Source: Gemmatimonadota bacterium
GTDB taxonomy: Bacteria > Gemmatimonadota > Gemmatimonadetes > Longimicrobiales > RSA9
Direction: 5' to 3'
NCBI GenBank assembly: GCA_040905425.1
Contig: JBBDRO010000002.1
Span: 9,486-23,454 of the forward strand
DNA length: 13,969 nucleotides
Under the pieces are notes generated by a model, which was not told the DNA's origin, did not search any database, and saw nothing but the letters and a program-made list of their open reading frames with translations. Both the position numbers and the translations under genes were made by a program. The number at the start of each line of letters is the position of its first letter. Within the stretch, counting starts at the first letter, position 1. This document shows, piece by piece, positions 1 through 7,551 of this stretch.

Positions 1-2
1 GG

Positions 3-2507
3 GCCGAGGCGGAGGCATGGCGCCGCTTCGCCCGCCGCGAGGAGACGGTGGCGGCGCTCTACCACACGGCACGGAAGAGGGATCGACGCATGCGCATGAC
101 GACGTGGCTGGAAGGCTGGGGACAGGACGTGCGCCACGCCTGCCGGGTGCTCGTCCGGGCGCCGGCGTTGCCGGCGGTGGTGGTGCTGGTGCTGGCGCTG
201 GGGATCGGCGCCAACGCCACCATTTTCAGCGCGGCTTACGGGCTGCTGGAGCGACGCCTGCCCGTGGCCGATGCGGACCGGCTGGCGCGGGTCTACCGGG
301 GGGACCACAGCCCCCTGCCCATGGAGGACTACCTGGCCATCGCCGGGGCCACGGAGACCTTTGGCGCCCTCGCGGCCGAGCGGTTGATCCGCGTGGGGCT
401 GGGCGCGGAGGATGGCACCGAGCCGGTGCAGGCGGCGCTGGTGAGCGCCAACTACTTCACGGGGCTGGGCGTGGGCGCGGCGCGCGGACGGGTCTTCGCC
501 GGCGCGCCGGGGGCGGACCCGGGGGCGGTGGCGGTCCTTTCGCACCGCTACTGGCGGGCGCGCTTCGGGGCTGATCCCGGGGTGGTGGGGCAGACGCTCC
601 GTCTGGCGGACCGCCCCTTCACCGTGGTGGGGGTGGCGGCGCCGGAGTGGGTGAGCTCGCAGGCGTGGCGGCCGGACGTGTTCGTGCCGCTGGCCAGCCA
701 CGCCGCGCTCCTGGGCGTGGAGCCCGGGAGTTGGAACGGCTCTCTCTACGTCACGGGGCGGCTGGCGGAGGGCCGCTCCCGGGCCCAGGCGCTGGCGGAG
801 GTGGAGGCGCTGGCCGCGCGGTTGCCCTCCGCGGCGGGGGCGGCCGCGGCGGGGCAGCCCGTCACCTTCCGGGTGGAGCACGCCAGGGGGCTCACACAGG
901 AGGTGCGCGGCCCGGCCACCCTGGCCTCCGTCTTCCTCCTGGCGCTGGTGGCGCTGGTGCTGCTCATCGCTTGCGCCAACGTGGCCAATCTCCTCCTGGC
1001 GCGGGCGGCGTTTCGTACCCGGGAGATGGCGGTGCGCCTGGCGCTGGGTGTGACCCGCTGGCGGCTGGTGCGTCAGCTCCTCACGGAGAGCGTGGTGCTG
1101 GCACTGGTGGCCGGGGCCGCCGCGGTGGCGCTGGCCGTGGTGGCCACCCGCTTCCTGGCCAGCCTCATCCCGGCGGGGATGCCCGTCCACCTGTCCCTCA
1201 CCCCCGACGCGGCGGTGCTGGCCTTCACGGCGCTCCTCAGCGTGGCCACGGGCGTGCTCTTCGGCCTGGTCCCCGCGCTCCGGGCCACCCGCACGGACGT
1301 GCAGGGGGCGCTCCGCGAGGACGCCCGGGGGGGCTACCGCCGCTCGCGCCTGCGCGCCGCGTTCCTCGTGGCCCAGGTCTGCCTCGGCACGGTCCTCCTC
1401 ACGGGGGCGGGGCTCTTTGCCCACAGCCTGCGGAACGCCCGGGATCTGGACCCCGGCTTCGCGGCGGCGGAAGTGATGGACCTGCCCATCGACGTCTCCC
1501 TGCGGGGCTATGACGAGGCGCGCGGGCGCGCCTTCTACGACGCCGTGGTGGAGGGGGCCGCCGCCGTGCCCGGCGTGCGCTCCGCCGCCCTGGCCAACCT
1601 GGTGCCGCTGGGCGGCGCCAACCGGGGCGCCCCCATGCAGCCGGCCGCCGCCGATCCCGACGACCGCACCGCCTTCCAGCAGGCGTACTACAACACGGTC
1701 ACCCCCGGCTACTTTGCAACACTGCAACTGCCCCTGCGGGCAGGCCGGGACTTCACCCCCGCGGACGACGCGGGCGCGGCGCCGGTGGTCATCGTGAACG
1801 AGGCGGCGGCCCAGGCGCTCTGGCCGGGCGAGCGGGCGGTGGGGCAGGTGCTCCGCATGTGGGATGACGGGATGCCCGAGTACACGGTGGTGGGTGTGGC
1901 CGCCGACGCCGTCTACAACGCGCTGGGGGAGGGGCCAACCCCCTTCCTCTACTTTCCCTTCGCCCAGGACTACCGTACGGACATGGTGCTCCACGCCCGC
2001 GTGGCCGGGGCCGCCGGCGGGCGGCTGCGCGACGCGGTGGCAGCGCTGGACCCGGCCCTGCCCCTCGAGGCCGCCCGCCCCATGGAGGCGGACATGGGGT
2101 ATGCCCTCGTGCCGGCGCGGATCGGGGCCGGGCTGCTCGGGGGCTTCGCGGCGCTTGCACTCCTCCTGGCCGCCATCGGCATCTACGCCGTGACGGCTTT
2201 CATGGTGGCCCGCCGCACCGCCGAGATTGCCGTCCGGACGGCGCTGGGCGCCCGCCGGTGGGACGTCCTCCGCCTGATCCTTCGGGAGACGTTGGGGACC
2301 GTGGGGGTGGGGCTGGTGCTGGGCCTGGCCGGCGGGGCTGGACTCGGCGTCCTCGTGGCGAGCCAGCTCTACGGCGTGGACCCGCTGGATCCGCTCACCT
2401 TCACCGCCGTGCCCGTGGTCCTGTTGGCGGTGGCCACCGGTGCGGTGCTGCTGCCGGCGCTGCGGGCACTGGCGCTGGATCCGGTGGTGGCGCTGCGCAG
2501 GGAGTAG
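3..2507 (+). CDS. ADOP-family duplicated ABC permease (MacB_PCD/FtsX x2), 5'-truncated by window edge
   Basis: The frame is open from position 3 (AEAEAWRRFARREETV...), resembling the ADOP N-terminal prefix, so the true start lies upstream of the window rather than at GTG 48. Motifs include QDVRHACRVL, LALGIGANATIFS, VSANYF, LLIACANVANLLLARA..RTREMAVRLALG, DPGF, IGIYAV...RRTAEIAVRTALGA and terminal DPVVALRRE. No Walker A/B motifs. Confidence 0.93.
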   Translation, partial: AEAEAWRRFARREETVAALYHTARKRDRRMRMTTWLEGWGQDVRHACRVLVRAPALPAVVVLVLALGIGANATIFSAAYGLLERRLPVADADRLARVYRGDHSPLPMEDYLAIAGATETFGALAAERLIRVGLGAEDGTEPVQAALVSANYFTGLGVGAARGRVFAGAPGADPGAVAVLSHRYWRARFGADPGVVGQTLRLADRPFTVVGVAAPEWVSSQAWRPDVFVPLASHAALLGVEPGSWNGSLYVTGRLAEGRSRAQALAEVEALAARLPSAAGAAAAGQPVTFRVEHARGLTQEVRGPATLASVFLLALVALVLLIACANVANLLLARAAFRTREMAVRLALGVTRWRLVRQLLTESVVLALVAGAAAVALAVVATRFLASLIPAGMPVHLSLTPDAAVLAFTALLSVATGVLFGLVPALRATRTDVQGALREDARGGYRRSRLRAAFLVAQVCLGTVLLTGAGLFAHSLRNARDLDPGFAAAEVMDLPIDVSLRGYDEARGRAFYDAVVEGAAAVPGVRSAALANLVPLGGANRGAPMQPAAADPDDRTAFQQAYYNTVTPGYFATLQLPLRAGRDFTPADDAGAAPVVIVNEAAAQALWPGERAVGQVLRMWDDGMPEYTVVGVAADAVYNALGEGPTPFLYFPFAQDYRTDMVLHARVAGAAGGRLRDAVAALDPALPLEAARPMEADMGYALVPARIGAGLLGGFAALALLLAAIGIYAVTAFMVARRTAEIAVRTALGARRWDVLRLILRETLGTVGVGLVLGLAGGAGLGVLVASQLYGVDPLDPLTFTAVPVVLLAVATGAVLLPALRALALDPVVALRRE

Positions 2508-2508
2508 G

Positions 2509-2550
2509 GGGTGCGGGCACCGCGTCCGCGCGGTACGCGATGCTGCACCC
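2509..2550. terminator. GC-rich hairpin between convergent genes (possible terminator)
   Basis: Outer stem GGGTGC (2509-2514) / GCACCC (2545-2550) and inner stem ACCGCG (2519-2524) / CGCGGT (2529-2534). No U-tract. Confidence 0.3.
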
Positions 2551-2575
2551 GTCGCAGCCGGCGATGACTGATCCG

Positions 2576-4225
2576 TCAACGCACCCCGACAGCCTCGACA
2601 AGGCGGTGGTAGCGGGGATCCCCCCGAAGGGGGTCGTAGCTTGGATCTACGTGGAGATAGATGAGGCCCGCCGAGCGCGCTGCGAGGGCGCGGTCCAAGG
2701 CCGCGAACGCCCCGTCGAAGTCACCCAGCGCGCCATACGCCGCGGCCACGAACTCATCGCGAACGTAGCCCTCCCCGGACCCGGCTTCCAGCTCCTCGAG
2801 CAGGTCCCGCGCCTCGTCCGTTCTGCCGAGGGCGGCGAGCGCCTGGGCCAGGAAAGCCCTTGAGGAGAGGATGTCCCCGAGCTCGATGCTCTCCATGAAG
2901 ATGTCGCGCGCGCTCTCGGGCTCCCCCATCGCCAGGTAGGCCTGGCCCATGTGTATCCGCGCGTGGACGTGCCGGTGGTCGATCTCCAGCGTGCGCCGGG
3001 CCTGTTCGATGGCTTCGTCGAAGCGGCGTAGATACAGGAGAAAGCGGGCCGCGAAGCGGCCGAAGGTAGGCGAAAGGGGATCCAGCGACAGGGCTGTCCG
3101 TATCTCCTGCAGACCTTCCTCCAACTGTCCGTTGGGCGGGAGGATGGTTCCGAGTCCCCAGTGGGCATCCGCGTAGTTCGGATTGGCGGCCACCGCGCGG
3201 CGGAGGGCGAGTTCCGCCTTGTCGAAATCCCACTCGTGCCAGCCGAGGACCTTCCCCAGAGCGGTATGCGCTTCGGCCAGGGTATCGTCCAGTTTCACGG
3301 CCCGCTCCGCCGCGCGCTGAGCCTCGGGATAGGCGGTCTCCGGAGCCATCCAGTCGTCGGCGAGGTTCATCCACGAATCCGCTATGCCTGCGTAGGCGCG
3401 GGCATAGCCCGGATCCGCGTCCAGCGCCCTGCCGTAGAACTCGAGGCTCTTCCTGAGGTCCGGCTCGGTGAACCGGTTGAAGACGAAGCGGCCCTTCAGG
3501 TACAGCTCGTACGCCTCGACGTTTCCGGTGGTCTGGTGGACGAGCGACCCCGACTCCTCCGTGCCTACCAGCTCTACCTTCAGGGCGTCCACGATTGCGC
3601 GGGCGATCTCGTCCTGGATGGTGAAGACGTCCTCCAGCTCCCGATCGTAGGTGTCCGACCAGAGATGGTAGCCGTTCTGCGCGTCGATGAGCTGCGCGGT
3701 GATCCGGAGCCGGTTGCCGGACTTCCGGACGCTGCCTTCGAGCACCGTGGCCACGCTCAGCTTGCCTGCGATCTCCCGTACGTCCTCCGTGGATCGCTTG
3801 AAGGCGAAGGAGGATGTGCGGGATGCCACGTGCAGGTCGCGCACCCGCACCAGGGCATTAAGGATCTCCTCGGTCATGCCGTCGGAGAAGTACTCGTTCT
3901 CGCCGTCCTCGCTCATGTCCACGAAAGGAAGGACGGCGATCGAGGCGCTCCGGGTCTGCTGGGCGCCGTCGCGGCTGCGGACGGCCGACGCGTCGCGTCG
4001 GATGCCCTCCGGCGTGACCTGCAGGACCCAGGCGAGAATGAGGGTGAGGGGTAGGCCCAGAATCACCAGCGCGAGGACCAGAGTGACCGTCCAGTCGGGG
4101 AGCCCCAGTCGGGGAAAAGCCACGTCGGCGACCTCGACCATGATCCACGCGCCTACCAGATACCCGAGGCCAACCTTTAAGACCCGGCGGCGGCGGAGTT
4201 CCTCGGCGAGCTCCTGTATCCTCAT
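2576..4225 (-). CDS. Membrane-anchored TolB-like domain + TPR repeat protein (paralogue B, 549 aa)
   Basis: N-terminal ELRRRRV followed by two hydrophobic helices. TolB-like motif SIAVLPF..S.D.ENEYFSDGMTEEILNAL...VLEGSVRK.GNRLRITAQLIDA..GYHLWS..YDR, then TPR-like repeats and C-terminal DPSYDPLRGDPRY. GGAG 5 nt before ATG, with ATGA overlap to the upstream gene. Confidence 0.92.
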   Translation of the reverse strand: MRIQELAEELRRRRVLKVGLGYLVGAWIMVEVADVAFPRLGLPDWTVTLVLALVILGLPLTLILAWVLQVTPEGIRRDASAVRSRDGAQQTRSASIAVLPFVDMSEDGENEYFSDGMTEEILNALVRVRDLHVASRTSSFAFKRSTEDVREIAGKLSVATVLEGSVRKSGNRLRITAQLIDAQNGYHLWSDTYDRELEDVFTIQDEIARAIVDALKVELVGTEESGSLVHQTTGNVEAYELYLKGRFVFNRFTEPDLRKSLEFYGRALDADPGYARAYAGIADSWMNLADDWMAPETAYPEAQRAAERAVKLDDTLAEAHTALGKVLGWHEWDFDKAELALRRAVAANPNYADAHWGLGTILPPNGQLEEGLQEIRTALSLDPLSPTFGRFAARFLLYLRRFDEAIEQARRTLEIDHRHVHARIHMGQAYLAMGEPESARDIFMESIELGDILSSRAFLAQALAALGRTDEARDLLEELEAGSGEGYVRDEFVAAAYGALGDFDGAFAALDRALAARSAGLIYLHVDPSYDPLRGDPRYHRLVEAVGVR

Positions 4226-5913
4226 CGGACTCCCACTGCCTGGACGATCGCCGCGTACCTGGCGTCCTCACGCAGGACGTCGTAGCTGGGGTCCACGTGG
4301 AGGTAGATGAGACCGCCCGAGCGAGCCCCGAGCGCCCTGTCGAGCGCCGCGAAAGCCCGGTCGGCGTCCCCCAGCGCGCTCCATCCCGCCGCCACGAACT
4401 CGGCGCGGATGTATCCGTCTCCACCGGCCTCGAGCCGTTCCAGCATCCGCTGGGCTTCATCCTTCTCGCCCAGAGCCGCGAGAGCCTGCGCGATGTAGGC
4501 GTTCAGCGAGAGCACATCGCCCACCTCGGCTCCCTCGCGGAACACCTCCAGCGCCTGCTTGGGCTCGCCCCCGGCGAGGTAGGCCTGTCCCATGTATACG
4601 TACGCTCGGGTGGCACCCGGCTCGTGCTCGAGGGTTTTTCGGGACTCGGCGATCGCCTCGTCGTACTGGCGCAGGAAGTAGTGGATCCGGGCGACGAAGG
4701 CGCGGAACGTCCCCGAGAGAGGATCCAGCGCGAGCGCTTCCTTTTCCTCCCTGAGGGCCTCCTTGAGGCGGCCATTGCAGGGCAAAACCGATCCCAGCAC
4801 CCAGTGGGCCTCCGGATACTTCGGATTCTCGGCGATCGCTCTCCGCAAGACCAGCTCGGCCCGGTCGAAGCTCCACTCGTACCAGCCGAGGACCTTCCCC
4901 AGCGCCGTGTGTGCCTCCGCGAGGGATGGGTCCAATTCCACCGCCTTCTCGGCCGCTTCCCTGGCTCGGGGATAGGCCTCCTCCGGGGGAAGCCAGTCAT
5001 CGGCCAGGTGCACGAGCGAATCCGCGATGCCCGAATAGGCGCGCGCGTACTCCGCATCCTCCTCCAGCGCGCGCCGGAAGTACTCCATGCTCCGGCCGAG
5101 GGCGTCTTCGGTCCACAGGTTGTAGGCGTGGCGGCCCTTCAGGTAGAGCGTGTAGGCCTCCAAGTTCTCCGTGGAGTGCTGAACCAGTGAACCCGATTCC
5201 TCCTCGCCGACCAGCTCCACCTTGAGCGCCTCCACGATGGAGCGCGCGATGTCATCCTGGATCGCGAAGACGTCCTCCATCTCCCGGTCGTAGGTCTCGG
5301 ACCAGAGGTGGTAGCCCTCGTCGGCGTCGATGAGCTGAGCGGTGATCCGCAGGCGGTTGCCGGCCTTCCTGACGCTACCCTCCAGCACGGTGGCCACGCT
5401 CAGCTTCTCAGCGATCTCACGCACGTCCTGCCTCGAGTCTTTGAAGGCGAACGAGGAGGTGCGCGATGCCACGAAGAGCTCTTTCACCCGCACCAGCGCG
5501 TTCAGGATCTCCTCCGTCATGCCATCGGAGAAGTACTCGTTCTCGCGGTCATCGCTCATGTTGACGAACGGAAGTACGGCAATGGACTTCTCCCGCATCC
5601 CGCCCGCCTCGCGCGCCTCCCGGGCGGACGGCGGCGCCGAAGGCGGAGCGGGGGACACCACGGCGGGCGCCGCGGCGCCCGTCTTCCGAACGCCTTGCCT
5701 GGTGACGTCGTACCCCCACGCCACCACCAGCGCCACGGGAAAGCCGAGGAGGACGAGCACCACCACCAGGGATGTCCCCCAGTCGGGAACCTGGAGGGCA
5801 GGAAGGATCGTGGAGGCCGCCTCGATCACGATCCAGGCGACCACGACATAGGCCAGGGCGAGCCGCACGACGTGGCGCCGCCGAAGCTCGCCGATGAACG
5901 CGCTGAGGTCCAA
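4222..5913 (-). CDS. Membrane-anchored TolB-like domain + TPR repeat protein (paralogue A, 563 aa)
   Basis: Same architecture as 2576-4225 and alignable end to end. TTG start preceded by GGAG at 9 nt. Pro/Ala-rich linker before SIAVLPF. Confidence 0.92.
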   Translation of the reverse strand: MDLSAFIGELRRRHVVRLALAYVVVAWIVIEAASTILPALQVPDWGTSLVVVLVLLGFPVALVVAWGYDVTRQGVRKTGAAAPAVVSPAPPSAPPSAREAREAGGMREKSIAVLPFVNMSDDRENEYFSDGMTEEILNALVRVKELFVASRTSSFAFKDSRQDVREIAEKLSVATVLEGSVRKAGNRLRITAQLIDADEGYHLWSETYDREMEDVFAIQDDIARSIVEALKVELVGEEESGSLVQHSTENLEAYTLYLKGRHAYNLWTEDALGRSMEYFRRALEEDAEYARAYSGIADSLVHLADDWLPPEEAYPRAREAAEKAVELDPSLAEAHTALGKVLGWYEWSFDRAELVLRRAIAENPKYPEAHWVLGSVLPCNGRLKEALREEKEALALDPLSGTFRAFVARIHYFLRQYDEAIAESRKTLEHEPGATRAYVYMGQAYLAGGEPKQALEVFREGAEVGDVLSLNAYIAQALAALGEKDEAQRMLERLEAGGDGYIRAEFVAAGWSALGDADRAFAALDRALGARSGGLIYLHVDPSYDVLREDARYAAIVQAVGVR

Positions 5914-6474
5914 GTCGGGATTCTCCGGCTGAATCCGAGGGTGGGGGCAGGGGGCAGAATACCGGGGAAGGCCCTTGGCCCAGATCCTTTAAGATGGCGT
6001 CCCTGTGGGCGTGGCCGCAAGGAACGTATGCGTACGTATGAGCAGCGGATGATCCAGAGCGAAGTACCTTAGCCCGACCCCGATCAAGGAGAGGCCGAAG
6101 CCCCCAACGGTACCCCGCGGAGGGGTGCTCAGGACGAGAGCCACCGTCGAACCCTCAACCTCACGCCGCACACGAGCGCCCCGGCCTGCAGAAACTACGG
6201 ACGCTGGCCGTCAAAACGACATTGGTCAGCGTGTAGTCGAGGTGCGTGTTGACAGCCTGCCCCATAGAAGGAAGTTCAACCCACCTTTTCGTCGTCGAGC
6301 GGCCACCGCGGAGCACCCGCATCGGCTCCATCGCCCTGGCTCCGAGGATCGTCGGACCAGCACAGCCTGACCCTCTATTCCGTGGTGCGGGCCCGGATCG
6401 GACGATAGCTTGCGCCTGGTCGTCACAGCTTTCGCGTGAACCGGCTCCTCCCACCCGCAATCCGGAGAACCACC

Positions 6475-7029
6475 ATGCCTCTCTCGTTCCGCCCCGGGCG
6501 CGCGCTTGCGCCGCTGGCCGCCCTTCTGCTCCTGGGCATCGCGTTGCCCGCCGCCGCCCAGACGCCCGGCGAGAAATTCGTGGCCGACTTCGAGCGCATG
6601 CGCGTCAATGTGCTGGCCATGGTCGATTCCATGCCCGCCGAGGGGCTGCGTAGCGCACCCACTCCCGGCGTGCGGGACTTCGCGCAGCAGATCGAGCACG
6701 TGGCCGTGGGCAACGTGAACCTCATCGCGTCGGGCGTGGACGCCGATCGGATCCCGCTCGGCATGGAGCCAGAGGTCTACCTGAATGACAAGGCCGCACT
6801 CAAGCGCTTCGTGAACGTGGCCTTCGACCGGGTGCGGGACATGCTCACCGCGCTCACCGAGGAAGAGTTGCGGGCCGAGGGCATGCTCTTCGGGCAGATG
6901 GCCATGCCGAAGTGGCACATCGTGCAGGCGGCCTACGAGCACGGCATCTGGACGCTGGGCGCCACGGTACCCTACGTCCGCCTGCAGGGCGGCACGCCCC
7001 ACTCCTACGGGATCGCGCCCGGCGGCTGA
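6475..7029 (+). CDS. DinB-family protein with N-terminal signal peptide (184 aa)
   Basis: ATG 6475 with GGAG at 6464-6467. Signal-like MPLSFRPGRALAPLAALLLLGIALPAAA|Q. DinB-like motifs AMVDSMPAE..RSAPTPGVRDFAQQIEHVA and YEH....G.TVPYVRLQGGTP. Confidence 0.85.
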   Translation: MPLSFRPGRALAPLAALLLLGIALPAAAQTPGEKFVADFERMRVNVLAMVDSMPAEGLRSAPTPGVRDFAQQIEHVAVGNVNLIASGVDADRIPLGMEPEVYLNDKAALKRFVNVAFDRVRDMLTALTEEELRAEGMLFGQMAMPKWHIVQAAYEHGIWTLGATVPYVRLQGGTPHSYGIAPGG

Positions 7030-7082
7030 CTCGAGCGGGCCGGCGCCACCTCCGGCAACGGCGCCGGCTGAGCCGGTTGTAT

Positions 7083-7117
7083 GCGACGTCGCCCGTCAGC
7101 TTCCCGGGCGGCGTTGC
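7083..7117 (+). terminator. 13-bp hairpin after the dinB-like gene (candidate terminator)
   Basis: GCGACGTCGCCCG (7083-7095) pairs with CGGGCGGCGTTGC (7105-7117), with two G:U pairs on the + transcript, followed by a weak GCTTCGTTC tail. A second 9-bp stem lies at 7039-7047/7060-7068. Confidence 0.4.
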
Positions 7118-7144
7118 GCTTCGTTCACTCCGCATCCATCCTGT

Positions 7145-7197
7145 TGTTGACTTCCGACACCAGCCGCTCCATATTCGGCTCATGTCGGAACGCGACA
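7145..7197 (+). promoter_or_regulatory. Candidate sigma70 promoter with two TGTYG-N5-CGACA operator boxes upstream of padR
   Basis: -35 TTGACT (7147-7152), 17-nt spacer, -10 CATATT (7170-7175). Boxes are TGTTG-acttc-CGACA (7145-7159) and TGTCG-gaacg-CGACA (7183-7197). Confidence 0.6.
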
Positions 7198-7209
7198 ACA
7201 GGAGGCACC

Positions 7210-7551
7210 ATGGCCCCACGTAACGATGCCAGCGATGTCCTGCGCGGCACCCTCGACCTGCTCATCCTGCGCACGCTGAGCCTCGAGCCGCAGCACGGCT
7301 GGGGCATCAGTCAGCGCATCCAGGAGATCTCCGCGGATGCCTTCCGGGTCGGCCAGGGCTCGCTCTACCCGGCGCTCCAGCGCCTGGAGGAGCGTGGCTG
7401 GATCGACGCCGAATGGCGCCACACGGATGAGGGCAGACGCGCCAGGTACTACACGCTCACGCGCGCCGGGCGGAAGGCGCTGGGTGAGGAAACCGCCGCC
7501 TGGCGGCGCTACGTGGACAACGTGGAGCTGATCCTGGGCGGTGCGCCATGA
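7210..7551 (+). CDS. PadR-family transcriptional regulator, ADOP-associated type (113 aa)
   Basis: GGAGG at 7201-7205 and ATG at 7210. Motifs LRGTLDLLILRTL...HGWGISQRI...GSLYPALQRLE.RGWI.AEW......RRARYY.LT.AGR..L..E...W. ATGA overlap with the permease. Confidence 0.95.
   Translation: MAPRNDASDVLRGTLDLLILRTLSLEPQHGWGISQRIQEISADAFRVGQGSLYPALQRLEERGWIDAEWRHTDEGRRARYYTLTRAGRKALGEETAAWRRYVDNVELILGGAP

Noticed and set aside
5938..5967. G-run cluster upstream of TPR paralogue A
   Set aside because: Irregular loops, one of 9 nt. Readily explained by GC content, with no independent support.
3161..6072. Plus-strand ORFs 3161-4054, 4297-5190 and 5308-6072 that resemble each other
   Set aside because: Their similarity follows from being antisense to the duplicated TPR genes.
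6140..6170. Minus-strand GGGTTCGACGG resembling a tmRNA 5' end or tRNA T-loop
   Set aside because: No GGGG 5' acceptor strand, no matching 3' T-arm/CCA end at a suitable distance, and no cloverleaf.
6249..6277. TTGACA on + strand upstream of the dinB-like gene
   Set aside because: No convincing -10 at 16-18 nt spacing.
7081..7209. Longer N-terminus for PadR (start 7081), and likewise the ORF-track starts at 6436 and 11110
   Set aside because: The extensions cross hairpin, promoter or operator sequence. The downstream ATGs match family N-termini and have RBS or -10 support.
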